From an uncultured Woeseia sp. (lineage in GTDB: Bacteria > Pseudomonadota > Gammaproteobacteria > Steroidobacterales > UBA11654): 59,897 nucleotides of DNA. The DNA is taken from contig CAYVTR010000008.1 in NCBI GenBank assembly GCA_964454905.1, positions 1 through 59,897 on the forward strand. The letters are read 5' to 3'. Under the pieces are notes generated by a model. It had not been told where the DNA came from. It saw only the letters and a program-made list of their open reading frames with translations, and did not search any database. Below, piece after piece: positions 9,733-20,113 of this stretch. The translations under genes and the position numbers were made by a program. Every line of letters begins with the position of its first letter. Position 1 is the first letter of the stretch.

Positions 9733-11815
9733 TAGTTTCTAGTAAGTAAGTTTCATTGGCTCTTTGAATTAAATAGGCGTGAATGTCTTCAGCATCCTGC
9801 TCGCTTAATCGTCGTGCAAAACCAACCATACCTTTTTCTGTGTAAAGCCCGCCAAGAGTAATTTCCATAAATTTCTCATGCGTCTCTTCGGTCATATATC
9901 TCAGATCTGCAATAACTCCTCCTCCCATCGCACCTGCTCCATGACACATATGGCATTCCCAATGAAAAAGGTCTTCACCTCTGGCGATACTGGCTTGATC
10001 TTCAATTGGCGGAGGCGGTTTGGGCATATTAATGTTAGTGGGTCTTTCAGGCAATTGAATGTCTCCATCCAATGAAAATGTTACGATCCGAGCATTGATA
10101 GGTCCACCAGAATATTTTGGTGGTAAACCCGCTTGGATTGCAAAGACTCCTCCATAGCCTGCAACCACGGTGACGTATTGTTTGCCATTGATATTGTAGG
10201 TGATTGGCGCAGCAACAATTCCAGTTTGTAAATCTTTGCTCCATTTTCTCTCTCCTGTCTTAGCGTCATAAGCAACCAGTTCACCATCAGATGTTCCTTG
10301 AAATACAAGATTTCCTGAGGTTGATAAAATTCCCCCATTCCAAGGCAGGGTTAAATATTGTTTCCATACTTCTTTTTGTGCCACAGGGTCCCACGCGCTT
10401 AAACGACCTCTCACACTTCTTACAAGTAATGACAATTGAAGTAGATTCTTTGGTGGAGCTATAGCCGTCATGTCAACTCCGAGGTTCCAACCTGTCTCAT
10501 CGTATTCATAATTGTTATCTTTTACAAATGGCATATAAAGTTCTTGAGCTGGAATATAAACTAAACCTGTCTCTGGACTATAAGACATGGGCATCCAGTT
10601 ATGACCTCCTAATGCCCCTGGAAACACAAGTTTAAAGCTTGTTTCATAATCACCCAGATCAGTTTTTAATGGTCTACCTGTTTCTGAGTCAACACCACTG
10701 GCCCATGTCACTTTCACATAATTTTCTGCAGATAAAAACTCACCATTGGTTCTATCAATAACATAAAAGAACCCATTTTTTGGTGCTTGCATAAGTACTT
10801 TTCTAGTTTCTCCATCAATAGTAATGTCAGCGAGAATGATATGTTGTGTCGCTGTGTAGTCCCAGTTATCACCTGGCGTGGTCTGGTAGTGCCAAACGTA
10901 TTCTCCGGTGTCAGGTTTTAAAGCAACAATGGAGGAGACAAATAAATTATCTCCGCCTCCTGGACTTCTAATTTTATAGTTCCATGGGGATCCATTTCCT
11001 GTGCCTATGTAGAGTAGATCAAGCTCTGGATCATAAGCCATAGAATCCCAAACTGTTCCGCCACCACCGTATTTCCACCACTCGGATCCCTTCCAAGTCT
11101 CTGCAGCCATTTTCATGGCATCATTTTCGAATCCGTCTTCTGGGTTTCCGGGAACAGTATAAAATCTCCAAATCATTTCACCGCTATTAACATCGTAGGC
11201 ACTAACATAACCTCGAACACCATATTCTGCTCCTCCATTACCTATTATGACCTTGTCTTTGATAATTCTGGGAGCTCCAGTGATGCTGTAGACTGTGAAA
11301 TCATCCACCGTCATTGTTTCCCAAATCACGGTTCCATTTTCAGCATCTAAAGCAATTAGTCTTCCATCAAGTGTTCCTATATAAAGTTTACCTTCCCATG
11401 CTGCTACACCTCGGTTGACGGCATCACAACATAAGTAATTAGCTTTATCTCTTGGAACTCTGGGATCGTATTTCCATTTTAATTCGCCGGTGACTGCGTC
11501 ATTAGCATAGACAACACTCCAAGCGCCAGTAGTAAACATGATTCCATCAATGACTAAAGGCGTGGCTTCGTGCCCACGGCTGCTGTCTAAATCATAAAAC
11601 CATTCAATGTTAAGATTTTTTATGTTGTCTGAGTTAATTTGATCAAGTGAACTATGTCGCTGTTCACTATAAGTTCTGCCGTGTGTTAGCCATTCATTGC
11701 TATTCTCATTTGCTTCTATAATACGATCAGTACTGACGTCAAATTCTAATGCTAGAGTTTGTCCTATCAAGAAAAAACTTGAACATGCAATAAGGTTTTT
11801 TAGAAGATCACTCAC
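9713..11815 (-). CDS. Quinohemoprotein (PQQ + heme c) alcohol dehydrogenase, type II
   Basis: Signal peptide, vicinal CC (LCCDAVNRG), GNGGAE, WDYTATQ, Trp-docking repeats, C-terminal CHMCH heme c site. Confidence 0.95.
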   Translation of the reverse strand: MSDLLKNLIACSSFFLIGQTLALEFDVSTDRIIEANENSNEWLTHGRTYSEQRHSSLDQINSDNIKNLNIEWFYDLDSSRGHEATPLVIDGIMFTTGAWSVVYANDAVTGELKWKYDPRVPRDKANYLCCDAVNRGVAAWEGKLYIGTLDGRLIALDAENGTVIWETMTVDDFTVYSITGAPRIIKDKVIIGNGGAEYGVRGYVSAYDVNSGEMIWRFYTVPGNPEDGFENDAMKMAAETWKGSEWWKYGGGGTVWDSMAYDPELDLLYIGTGNGSPWNYKIRSPGGGDNLFVSSIVALKPDTGEYVWHYQTTPGDNWDYTATQHIILADITIDGETRKVLMQAPKNGFFYVIDRTNGEFLSAENYVKVTWASGVDSETGRPLKTDLGDYETSFKLVFPGALGGHNWMPMSYSPETGLVYIPAQELYMPFVKDNNYEYDETGWNLGVDMTAIAPPKNLLQLSLLVRSVRGRLSAWDPVAQKEVWKQYLTLPWNGGILSTSGNLVFQGTSDGELVAYDAKTGERKWSKDLQTGIVAAPITYNINGKQYVTVVAGYGGVFAIQAGLPPKYSGGPINARIVTFSLDGDIQLPERPTNINMPKPPPPIEDQASIARGEDLFHWECHMCHGAGAMGGGVIADLRYMTEETHEKFMEITLGGLYTEKGMVGFARRLSEQDAEDIHAYLIQRANETYLLETINSALK

Positions 11816-11944
11816 AGATATATTCTATAACATTGTGTAATGACAATTCGATTAAGTATTTATTTTTTTCTCAGTTTGACTTTTAGGCTGTTTTATATTC
11901 ATCTATGTATTCAAAACTAAATAAATCGTTAGGGGACAGAGATT

Positions 11945-13357
11945 ATGGGGAAACCAATACGACATTTTTTTTACTTGATATGTCTGTTTAATCTGTTATT
12001 CATCTCAATGAATCTACAGGCTATAAGCGAAGCTGAAATGCTCAACCAAGCCTATCAATCGACTTATAGTCCAGAGCCTAGTTCAAAAATAATAATAAAA
12101 AATGGAACAGTACTCACTGGCACAGGGTTACTTTTGGAGAAAGCCTCAGTATTAATTGAGAACAATCAAATTATAGCTGTGGGTGAAGACATAGATGATG
12201 ATGAGGCTCAAGTAATTGATGCTGAGGGTAAATGGGTAACTCCAGGCATTATTGACATTCATTCCCATATGGGTGTTTATCCGGCTCCAGGTCTTCGTTC
12301 CAGTTCAGATGGGAATGAAGCCACTAGTCCGACTACACCTCATGTGTGGGCTGAGCATTCTGTATGGACACAAGACCCTCAATACACTCTAGCTCTTAAA
12401 GGCGGCATAACCACATTCCATGTACTACCAGGTTCTGCAAATTTAATTGGTGGAAGAGGGGTGACACTAAAGAATATCAGAAGCGTTACTGTACAAGGCA
12501 TGAAGTTTCCAGGCGCTCCTTACACTTTAAAAATGGCTTGCGGTGAAAATCCAAAAAGAGTCTATGGGAATAGAAAGTCTGAACCTTCCACAAGAATGGG
12601 TAATGTAGCAGGCTATAGAAAAGCCTGGATAGAAGCACAATCCTATCTGAATCGATTAGAAGAATATGAGTCTAAGTCAGAAGAAGCGAAGGAATTAGGC
12701 TATGCTCCGTCTAGAGATCTTGAACTAGAAACTCTTGTGGGTGTACTCAAAGGTGACATTCTTATTCAGAATCATTGTTACAGGGGTGAAGAGATGGCTG
12801 TAATGTTAGACATAGCTAAAGAGTTTAGTTATAAAGTTACAACATTTCATCATGCTATCGAGGCTTATAAAGTTGCCGATATACTTGCAGAGCAAGGAGT
12901 TTGTGCCGCGATGTGGGCTGATTGGTGGGGATTTAAGCATGAAGCCTTCGATATGGTTTGGGAAAATGTGGCGATGGTGGATCAAGCGTTAAGCGGAAAA
13001 GGGTGTGCCATTGTGCATTCGGATTCTGCAGTAGGTATTCAACATCTGAATCAAGAGGCTGCAAAAGCACTTTCAGCAGGAAATCGTGCAGGGTTAGACA
13101 TTAATAAAGCCAGAGCCATACAATGGATTACTTTGAATCCTGCAAAAGCACTAGGCATTGCTGATCGAGTGGGTAGTCTTGAGGCTGGTAAAATGGGAGA
13201 TGTAGTCATTTGGAGTGGGGATCCTTTTAGCATCTATTCTAAAGCTGAAAAAGTGTTTATTGATGGCCACTTAAAATACGACAGTGGCTCAATTGATGCT
13301 TTTACAAGAACTGATTTTGATTTGGGAATTATAATTCCTGAAGGAGACAGGCTATGA
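11945..13357 (+). CDS. Secreted amidohydrolase (imidazolonepropionase-like), catalytic-type subunit
   Basis: PGIIDIHSH, KMACGENPKRVYG, HCYR, FHHA, HSD, GSLEAGKMGD. Confidence 0.9.
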   Translation: MGKPIRHFFYLICLFNLLFISMNLQAISEAEMLNQAYQSTYSPEPSSKIIIKNGTVLTGTGLLLEKASVLIENNQIIAVGEDIDDDEAQVIDAEGKWVTPGIIDIHSHMGVYPAPGLRSSSDGNEATSPTTPHVWAEHSVWTQDPQYTLALKGGITTFHVLPGSANLIGGRGVTLKNIRSVTVQGMKFPGAPYTLKMACGENPKRVYGNRKSEPSTRMGNVAGYRKAWIEAQSYLNRLEEYESKSEEAKELGYAPSRDLELETLVGVLKGDILIQNHCYRGEEMAVMLDIAKEFSYKVTTFHHAIEAYKVADILAEQGVCAAMWADWWGFKHEAFDMVWENVAMVDQALSGKGCAIVHSDSAVGIQHLNQEAAKALSAGNRAGLDINKARAIQWITLNPAKALGIADRVGSLEAGKMGDVVIWSGDPFSIYSKAEKVFIDGHLKYDSGSIDAFTRTDFDLGIIIPEGDRL

Positions 13358-14601
13358 AATATTTTAACTCTATATTCATTATTACTAGTTTGTTCTTTAT
13401 TTCTTCAGAAGCCGAAAATCATTCTAGAATTTTGATACAAAATGCGACTGTAATGACCGCCACAGATCAAGGCACTTTGCTAGAGACTGATGTTTTAATT
13501 GATCAAGGCATAATAACTAAAGTTGGCCTAGATATTGAGACAACTGACGCTTTTATTATCGATGCAAGTAGCAAAATCATAACCCCAGGTCTTATTGCAC
13601 CTCACACAACCTTAGGTCTAATAGAAATAGAATTAGAGCCAGCAACAAGAGATGATTCAACAGATAAATATTCAGCTGGATTTAGTATCGTTGATGCATT
13701 TAATCCGTCCTCTGTTTTGATTCCCTATAATCGTTCAGGCGGTATTACTTCCGCCATTGTTGTGCCTGCCTCTGGTTCAGGGATTTATTCAGGCATGGCG
13801 TCTGTTTTTAAGACCGATGGATTATTAAAGATAGAACCAGTTGCTAAAGATATAGCTATGATTATGGAGTTTGGAGGCACCAAAGATTCTAGAGCTGCAG
13901 ATATGCTGATGCTTAAAGATTCTTTTAATTTAGCACGACGTTTTACTACATCAAGATCTTCAATTTTAAAGGGCGGTAAATATTCTGAAGCGGGTGATTA
14001 TACCGTCAGGGATATAGTGGCCATCCAGAGATTACTAAAAGGTGAGATCCCACTCATAGTTAGAGCAAATCGGGCATCTGACTTATTAAAAATGATTGCT
14101 TTTTCTAAAGAGCATCAAATTAATATTGTTTTTCTTGGGGCTAAAGAAGCTTGGCGAATAGCAGAGACACTGGCTATAGAATCGATACCAGTGATTATAG
14201 ATCCAATGGATAATATACCGAGTTCTTTTGATTCCATTGGTGCTAGATTAGATAATGCAGCCATACTCCATGCAGCAGGAGTAAAGATTTTAATCACCTC
14301 TCAAAGCACACATAATTCTTATCTAAGTCGTCAAGGGGCTGGTAATGCTGTTGCTCACGGTTTGTCAAAAGATGAAGCCATAAAAGCTTTAACAATAAAT
14401 ATTGCTGAGACCTTTGGATTGGAAGATGCGATTGGCTCGATAGAGGTTGGCAAACATGCTGATCTAGTCTTATGGGACAATGATCCGTTGGAAGTATCCA
14501 GCTTTGCCGATGAAGTGCTTATTGATGGCAATAGCATTAGTCTTATGACACGATCAAAGCGACTCAGAGATCGATACATGAATAAACTAGGATTAAATTG
14601 A
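13354..14601 (+). CDS. Secreted amidohydrolase-fold protein with degenerate metal site
   Basis: PGLIAPHTTLG in place of DxHxH; GSIEVGKHADLVLW; ATGA overlap with upstream paralog. Confidence 0.85.
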   Translation: MKYFNSIFIITSLFFISSEAENHSRILIQNATVMTATDQGTLLETDVLIDQGIITKVGLDIETTDAFIIDASSKIITPGLIAPHTTLGLIEIELEPATRDDSTDKYSAGFSIVDAFNPSSVLIPYNRSGGITSAIVVPASGSGIYSGMASVFKTDGLLKIEPVAKDIAMIMEFGGTKDSRAADMLMLKDSFNLARRFTTSRSSILKGGKYSEAGDYTVRDIVAIQRLLKGEIPLIVRANRASDLLKMIAFSKEHQINIVFLGAKEAWRIAETLAIESIPVIIDPMDNIPSSFDSIGARLDNAAILHAAGVKILITSQSTHNSYLSRQGAGNAVAHGLSKDEAIKALTINIAETFGLEDAIGSIEVGKHADLVLWDNDPLEVSSFADEVLIDGNSISLMTRSKRLRDRYMNKLGLN

Positions 14602-14602
14602 T

Positions 14603-16375
14603 TTAATTTCTTTGCGAAATAGTTGAATCCATGAGTCCGAGGTAATCGGATAAAGTTTTACCGTCATCGGATAGTGAATTAAGTTCACTTAGGATCTGTT
14701 CAACTGACTGAATGTTGGTTGAGACTTTAGTCATAATATTTGTGTCACTTCGCTGTGTGGTGACTTCATCAAATATCCCAATGATTTCAGAAAGTTCAAA
14801 GTTACCCAGATCTCTAAAGGCATTTAAATCATTATCGACAAGTTCCTCAGTGATTATTTCTTCATCACTGACTTCAATTAATTCAATATATTCTGAGAAA
14901 TCCATAGTTTTCTCTTGTGTAAAGTCCATGTCATTATTCCAGGCAACGTATATTCTTGGTTCATTTTCAGAAGTGTTATCGACTTTGTCCTTATATATAT
15001 CGTATCCCACACCAACATCAAAACTTCCAAGTGGAATGTCAAACCAATAGAGATCAAATTCATAACCCAAATCAGCATTAAAGAAATTAGTTCGATGTTC
15101 TGTTAGTTGATAAGAGTTTATTGATCCTCTATTTAATTGACCAAGGGAAAGTTTTGATTTGAATAATTGTGAATTTTCACCAACCAATATCCCGCCTAAA
15201 CTTAGAACAATTGAGTCCCCATCGCTGGTGTGACCAATATTAAAGCCGTCATAACGATAACCATCTGTGTATAGCTCATTGCGATAAGCACAGCCGTATT
15301 TTGCACTGTCATGTTTATAGAATTGGCATGAGGTTGAAGAAGCTTCGACAAAAAATCTGTAACTCTCTAATTGTTGATTTGAATCAACTAAACCCCATGT
15401 TTCCATGCCAAACAAGCTCATTGCATTATCTTGAAAAGGCTCTCCCATTAACTGGCCATAGACAGCGAAGGGAATGTCATTAATGTTATACGAGGATCTG
15501 AAATCAAAACCAAAAGCATTGTATCCTCCATCATTTTTATCGATGAGCATATCGGTGAAGGTTGACAATCCACAAGATAAGTTTTCACCACAGAATAGGG
15601 ATGTTCTGGAAAAACCTAATTCTAGAGATGATGTAGGTCTAAAACCAAAACGCAAGCCAAAAAACTTTGGATCAGGGATTGACCTATTATTATCTAGTTC
15701 CCCAATCATCACTGAGAGATCCCATGGTCCAATCTGTTTTAGCAAAGTTGATTCAAATGGATCCGAGAAATTCCTCTCAATTGAGAGGCCTCTTATTGGC
15801 CTTGCGTTTGTAGAAAGAACCAAGCTACTAGCCCAACCTGGTCCCCACCAATTTTTCTTAGAGCCAAGTGTTAGTGAGTAATTCCCCCTAGCGATTGCCA
15901 GATAAGACTCATCCATTAGAGTTTCTCCAGGAATTTTTTCTACCTTGATATTAAGGGCTAAATTCTTTGATAAATACGATGATTGCGCGCCAACTGATTT
16001 AGTATTTGTAACACTGTCATTAAACCAAGTCATTTGATTTGGATTCTTAGCAACCTTAATTTCAGTTTGACCTCCTAAACCGCCCATCTCAGCTTCAATT
16101 AAGGCATCTTTAATACGCTGAAATGAGGTAATCTCAATCAGACTCATTTCACTTTCATTTTTTGTTAGATTATAAGCAATATCTCCCCATGCCAAAGGCC
16201 ATGTGGAGATTGGTATATTTAGGGCTCCAGAATCGACAAGGATTTGTATATCATGTCTCAACAATAGGTCATCAGGAGATGCCCACGGATTCGCATCCAC
16301 CACCTTCGTGTTAACGAGCATTATTAAGCAAACACTAAAGCTAAGTATTAATTGTCTGAAGAATCTGTTTTTCAT
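14603..16375 (-). CDS. Capsule assembly Wzi family outer-membrane protein with acidic C-terminal extension
   Basis: LRHDIQILVDSG, PISTWPLAW, WWGPGWASSLVLSTNARP, GYRYDGFNIGH..DGDS. Confidence 0.85.
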   Translation of the reverse strand: MKNRFFRQLILSFSVCLIMLVNTKVVDANPWASPDDLLLRHDIQILVDSGALNIPISTWPLAWGDIAYNLTKNESEMSLIEITSFQRIKDALIEAEMGGLGGQTEIKVAKNPNQMTWFNDSVTNTKSVGAQSSYLSKNLALNIKVEKIPGETLMDESYLAIARGNYSLTLGSKKNWWGPGWASSLVLSTNARPIRGLSIERNFSDPFESTLLKQIGPWDLSVMIGELDNNRSIPDPKFFGLRFGFRPTSSLELGFSRTSLFCGENLSCGLSTFTDMLIDKNDGGYNAFGFDFRSSYNINDIPFAVYGQLMGEPFQDNAMSLFGMETWGLVDSNQQLESYRFFVEASSTSCQFYKHDSAKYGCAYRNELYTDGYRYDGFNIGHTSDGDSIVLSLGGILVGENSQLFKSKLSLGQLNRGSINSYQLTEHRTNFFNADLGYEFDLYWFDIPLGSFDVGVGYDIYKDKVDNTSENEPRIYVAWNNDMDFTQEKTMDFSEYIELIEVSDEEIITEELVDNDLNAFRDLGNFELSEIIGIFDEVTTQRSDTNIMTKVSTNIQSVEQILSELNSLSDDGKTLSDYLGLMDSTISQRN

Positions 16376-16475
16376 ATAAGATCGTATATTACACTCGTAT
16401 TAAAAATTTACTAAGAAATTGCTGATTTTGAATAAAATCAAATATAGAATACCCTTCAAAAATAAAGATTGAACC

Positions 16476-18335
16476 ATGAATTTAAAACTAATAGCCTCTG
16501 TTTTTCTAGCTCTATGGTTGTCCTCATGCAGCGTACCAAAAAGTGATTTAGAACATGATGATAGTTCTGTGAGGAACACACAAAACGGTAAAGTGATCGG
16601 TGGGTTTAATGATAAAACTCATCAATGGCTAGGAATACAATACGGGTCTATTCCTAGCAGCGAATTCCGATGGAAAAAAGCAAAAGCTCCTGATGACTGG
16701 GAAGGCATTAAAGAATCACTTAATTTTGGCGCTACTTGTGCTCAAAAAGGCTCATTAATTAATACAGTAAAGCGAAAAGAATGGCGCGATATGGTTGGCT
16801 CAGAGGATTGTCTTTATTTAAATGTATGGGCACCCCAAATGAGTCAAGAAGAGCTTAGTAATTCATCCCCACTTCCAGTGATGGTTTGGATTCATGGAGG
16901 CAGTAATGTTTCAGGAAATGCTGATTTTTATGACCCTTCTGAACTAGCTTATCAACATAATTTAATCGTGGTGACTATAAACTATCGACTCGGTCCTTTT
17001 GGCTGGTTTAGTCATCCTAGTATTAAAGAATTGTCAGTTGATCCAATGAATGCTTCTGGTAATTATGGAAATATTGACACTATTCAGTCTCTAGAATGGG
17101 TGCAGTCTAATATCGCAAATTTTGGTGGTGACCCTACTAATATCACTATTTTTGGTGAATCAGCAGGAGGGTATAATGTCGCAGCATTATTGTCTTCACC
17201 TATAGCAGAAGGTTTATTTCATAAAGCAATTATTCAAAGTGGCGGTATCAAACCGGGTGATATCACTCATGCAGAATCTTACCTAAAAGATAATCTCCCA
17301 TGGAAAAACTACACCTCAAAAGAATTAGTCAATCAGCTATTAATTGAAAGAGATTATGCACAAACAAGAGAGGAAGCTTTGAGCCTTCAGATTGATATGA
17401 ATGATGAGGCTATCAATGATCTCCTAAGGTCATCATCAACAGAGGAAATCTATGTATCTTTTCAAGAGGCCAGAGTCAATACCAATGAAATGTTGAGACC
17501 TTTTCCAGACGGTATAGTGCTTGATCAAAATGGAATTTTAAACTCCCTTAAAAATGGGTTTTCTGCAAATATCCCTATTATTTTTGGGACAAATAGAGAT
17601 GAAATGAAGTTGTTTCTTATGACGAATCCTAGGTTAGTGCGTTCGTTTTTAGGATTACCTAGAATTAGAAACATTGAGACTTGGAATTCAGTGGTTAGCC
17701 ATCGTTCAAATACGTGGAAATTCCTTGCTGTTGATCAGCCAGCTAGGGAACTGAGTCTAATAGGGAGAAAGAATGTTTATGCTTATCGTTTTGACTGGGA
17801 TGATGAGCCCAGGAAGTTTGGGGTTAATCTTTCTGATCTTTTAGGCGCAGCCCATGCTTTTGAGATTCCCTTTGTTATGGGTAACTTTGAAGAGGACACA
17901 CTAACCAAATACATACTTAGCCGAAAAAACATGGAAGAAGTAAAAAATTTATCAAATACGATGATGAGTTATTGGGCAGAGTTTGCTTACACAGGAGCCC
18001 CTGGAAAAGGACGTAAAGGTAACCAAATAGAGTGGAGATCTTGGGATGAAATATCCCCTGAGAACTCCAAATATATAATATTTGACAGCAAAACAGATCG
18101 TGGTATTCGTATGACATCCAATGCTATTACTAAAGAATCACTTTTCGCAAGCATTGAAAAGGATGAGAATATTGATTTTAAGATGAAATGTGAAATGGTT
18201 GATTCGGCAATAAAATTTGATAATGTTGAAAATGAAAGTTGGCTTTATCAGTTTGCAGATGGTCTTTGTTCAGATTTGGATCCTGATTCTGAATGGCGAC
18301 ATTTTTGGTACGATGAATTAGATAAACCCTATTAA
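16476..18335 (+). CDS. Type-B carboxylesterase, probable lipoprotein
   Basis: Lipobox-like LSSC, SEDCLYLNVW, WIHGG, FGESAGG, GTNRDE, GAAHAFE. Confidence 0.93.
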   Translation: MNLKLIASVFLALWLSSCSVPKSDLEHDDSSVRNTQNGKVIGGFNDKTHQWLGIQYGSIPSSEFRWKKAKAPDDWEGIKESLNFGATCAQKGSLINTVKRKEWRDMVGSEDCLYLNVWAPQMSQEELSNSSPLPVMVWIHGGSNVSGNADFYDPSELAYQHNLIVVTINYRLGPFGWFSHPSIKELSVDPMNASGNYGNIDTIQSLEWVQSNIANFGGDPTNITIFGESAGGYNVAALLSSPIAEGLFHKAIIQSGGIKPGDITHAESYLKDNLPWKNYTSKELVNQLLIERDYAQTREEALSLQIDMNDEAINDLLRSSSTEEIYVSFQEARVNTNEMLRPFPDGIVLDQNGILNSLKNGFSANIPIIFGTNRDEMKLFLMTNPRLVRSFLGLPRIRNIETWNSVVSHRSNTWKFLAVDQPARELSLIGRKNVYAYRFDWDDEPRKFGVNLSDLLGAAHAFEIPFVMGNFEEDTLTKYILSRKNMEEVKNLSNTMMSYWAEFAYTGAPGKGRKGNQIEWRSWDEISPENSKYIIFDSKTDRGIRMTSNAITKESLFASIEKDENIDFKMKCEMVDSAIKFDNVENESWLYQFADGLCSDLDPDSEWRHFWYDELDKPY

Positions 18336-18349
18336 GGAACAATAGATAA

Positions 18350-18802
18350 ATGCAGTATTGGTTAATGAAATCAGAACCAGATACCTACAGTATTGATGAT
18401 CTGGAAGATTTTGTTACTGATCACTGGGATGGCATACGTAATTATCAAGTGAGAAATTTTTTTAGGGATCAAATGCAAATAGGTGATCAGGCTTTTTTCT
18501 ATCATTCAAATTGTAAAGAACCTGGCATTGTTGGCTTAATGGAAATCGCCAGTAAAGCTTATCCCGATCACACTGCATTTGATAAGAAAGAAAAGTACTT
18601 TGATCCTAAAAGTAATCCTGATGATCCCAGATGGTTAATGATTGATGTTAAATACAATAGACATTTGAAAAGGAAAATTACACTAACAGAACTGCGTCAA
18701 GTAGAATCATTACAGACCATGAAGTTATTGCAACGAGGTAACAGGTTGTCTGTGATTCCTTTAAGCAGAAAAGAGTGGGACCATATATTGGAAATGGAAT
18801 AG
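18350..18802 (+). CDS. EVE domain protein
   Basis: YWLMKSEP, WDGIRNYQVRN, FFYHS, NRLSV. Confidence 0.93.
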   Translation: MQYWLMKSEPDTYSIDDLEDFVTDHWDGIRNYQVRNFFRDQMQIGDQAFFYHSNCKEPGIVGLMEIASKAYPDHTAFDKKEKYFDPKSNPDDPRWLMIDVKYNRHLKRKITLTELRQVESLQTMKLLQRGNRLSVIPLSRKEWDHILEME

Positions 18803-18813
18803 CAGAGTTAATA

Positions 18814-19233
18814 ATGATTAAAAATAATACTAAAGTTGTCAGTCTTTTAGTTGTATTTTTCTTCTCGATCAATCTTTTCGCTGATGAAGAGCCATCAAAA
18901 CAAGTTATTATTTTGCAACCACAACATGGGGAAGAGGTTAATCAAACTTTTAAAGTTTACTTTGGGATTGAAGGTATGACTTTAGCTCCAGCTGGAACCT
19001 ATGAGCCTGCCACTGGACATCATCATTTAATTATCGATGCTGATTTACCTAATCTTTTATTACCCATACCCAGCAGTTCAAATTATCTGCATTTTGGTAA
19101 AGGTCAAGATCATACCCAGCTAACGCTTATTCCTGGTAAACACACACTTCAACTTATTCTAGGAGATGGAAACCATATACCTCACAAGCAACCATTGATT
19201 TCTAAACAAATAGAAATTACTGTTAGACCTTAA
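18814..19233 (+). CDS. DUF4399 domain secreted protein (start placed at ATG 18814)
   Basis: TGHHHLIID, HFGKGQ, PGKHTLQL.LGDGNH.PH; signal peptide. Confidence 0.85.
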   Translation: MIKNNTKVVSLLVVFFFSINLFADEEPSKQVIILQPQHGEEVNQTFKVYFGIEGMTLAPAGTYEPATGHHHLIIDADLPNLLLPIPSSSNYLHFGKGQDHTQLTLIPGKHTLQLILGDGNHIPHKQPLISKQIEITVRP

Positions 19234-20033
19234 TTCTTTTCTTCAACTTCTTTAATAAAATCTCTAATGAGACTGGCTGTTGCTTCGGTTTGGAGTTCAG
19301 TTGAGGCAATTCTAGATTCTTCTAAAATGGCTGTTTTAATTAATGGAAGGTCTTCTTTAATGAGTTCTAACTGATCAATAAAAAAATCATCAATAGCTGA
19401 CATAACGAGAATAGGGCACTTGATCTCAGATAAGACTTTCATAAAATCTTGTTTCCAAATTGCACTAAAAGCTTGATTTCTTCCTGTTTTGGATCTCAAC
19501 GCTCCTCTTAATTCTAAATCAACAAGATCAGGATCAAATGTTGGAAATAAAGTTTTAATTAGATTAAATGTCTCAATAAGATATTCACCTTTTTCATCAG
19601 CTTCTAATGCTGATGTGAGATTATTTTGAAACATCTCTCTTTCCTCAAAAGTTAAATAAGCAGCACCATTAAGGCAAAGAGAAAGGATTTGATGTTCCAA
19701 TTTGAGAGCAATTTCAGAAGCAATATGAGTGCCTGTATGATGAGCATAAATGTGGAATTGGTCCAATCCGATCTTATTTATCACTTCAATGAACCAATCT
19801 CGATAATCTTCTAGACTTGGCATACCATCAGGGTTGAATGATTCACCAAACCCAGGCGTGTCAAAGGCAAATAGAGGTCTATCGTTCTTCATTTCGAGCA
19901 TCAAACGCTCAAACATTATTGAACTTGATGGGGTCCTATGAAAAAATAATAACGGCTGCCCATCACCTCCTGTATATCTATAATGTATTTGTCCTGAGGT
20001 TATGTTTATGTAAGATTTTTTAATTTTAGACAT
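19230..20033 (-). CDS. Alpha/beta-hydrolase fold protein with non-canonical elbow (AHHTG)
   Basis: GQIHYR, PLLFFH, DTPGFGES, IKCPILVM; no GxSxG. Confidence 0.85.
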   Translation of the reverse strand: MSKIKKSYINITSGQIHYRYTGGDGQPLLFFHRTPSSSIMFERLMLEMKNDRPLFAFDTPGFGESFNPDGMPSLEDYRDWFIEVINKIGLDQFHIYAHHTGTHIASEIALKLEHQILSLCLNGAAYLTFEEREMFQNNLTSALEADEKGEYLIETFNLIKTLFPTFDPDLVDLELRGALRSKTGRNQAFSAIWKQDFMKVLSEIKCPILVMSAIDDFFIDQLELIKEDLPLIKTAILEESRIASTELQTEATASLIRDFIKEVEEKN

Positions 20034-20096
20034 TTTTTCAACCTAGAATACTATAAATAAATAATTGCCCTTAGATTAATCCAAAGCTTATTAAAT

Positions 20097-20105
20097 TGAT
20101 ATAAT
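20097..20105 (+). promoter_or_regulatory. Extended -10 promoter (TGaTATAAT) for ubiX
   Basis: Consensus TGnTATAAT 8 nt before the ubiX ATG; no SD. Confidence 0.55.
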
Positions 20106-20113
20106 GCAAAGCT

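Noticed and set aside
9713-11815. Lanthanide-dependent ADH
   Set aside because: Active-site motif is WDYTAT, lacking the extra Asp (D-x-D) of XoxF/ExaF/PedH; Ca-type is expected.
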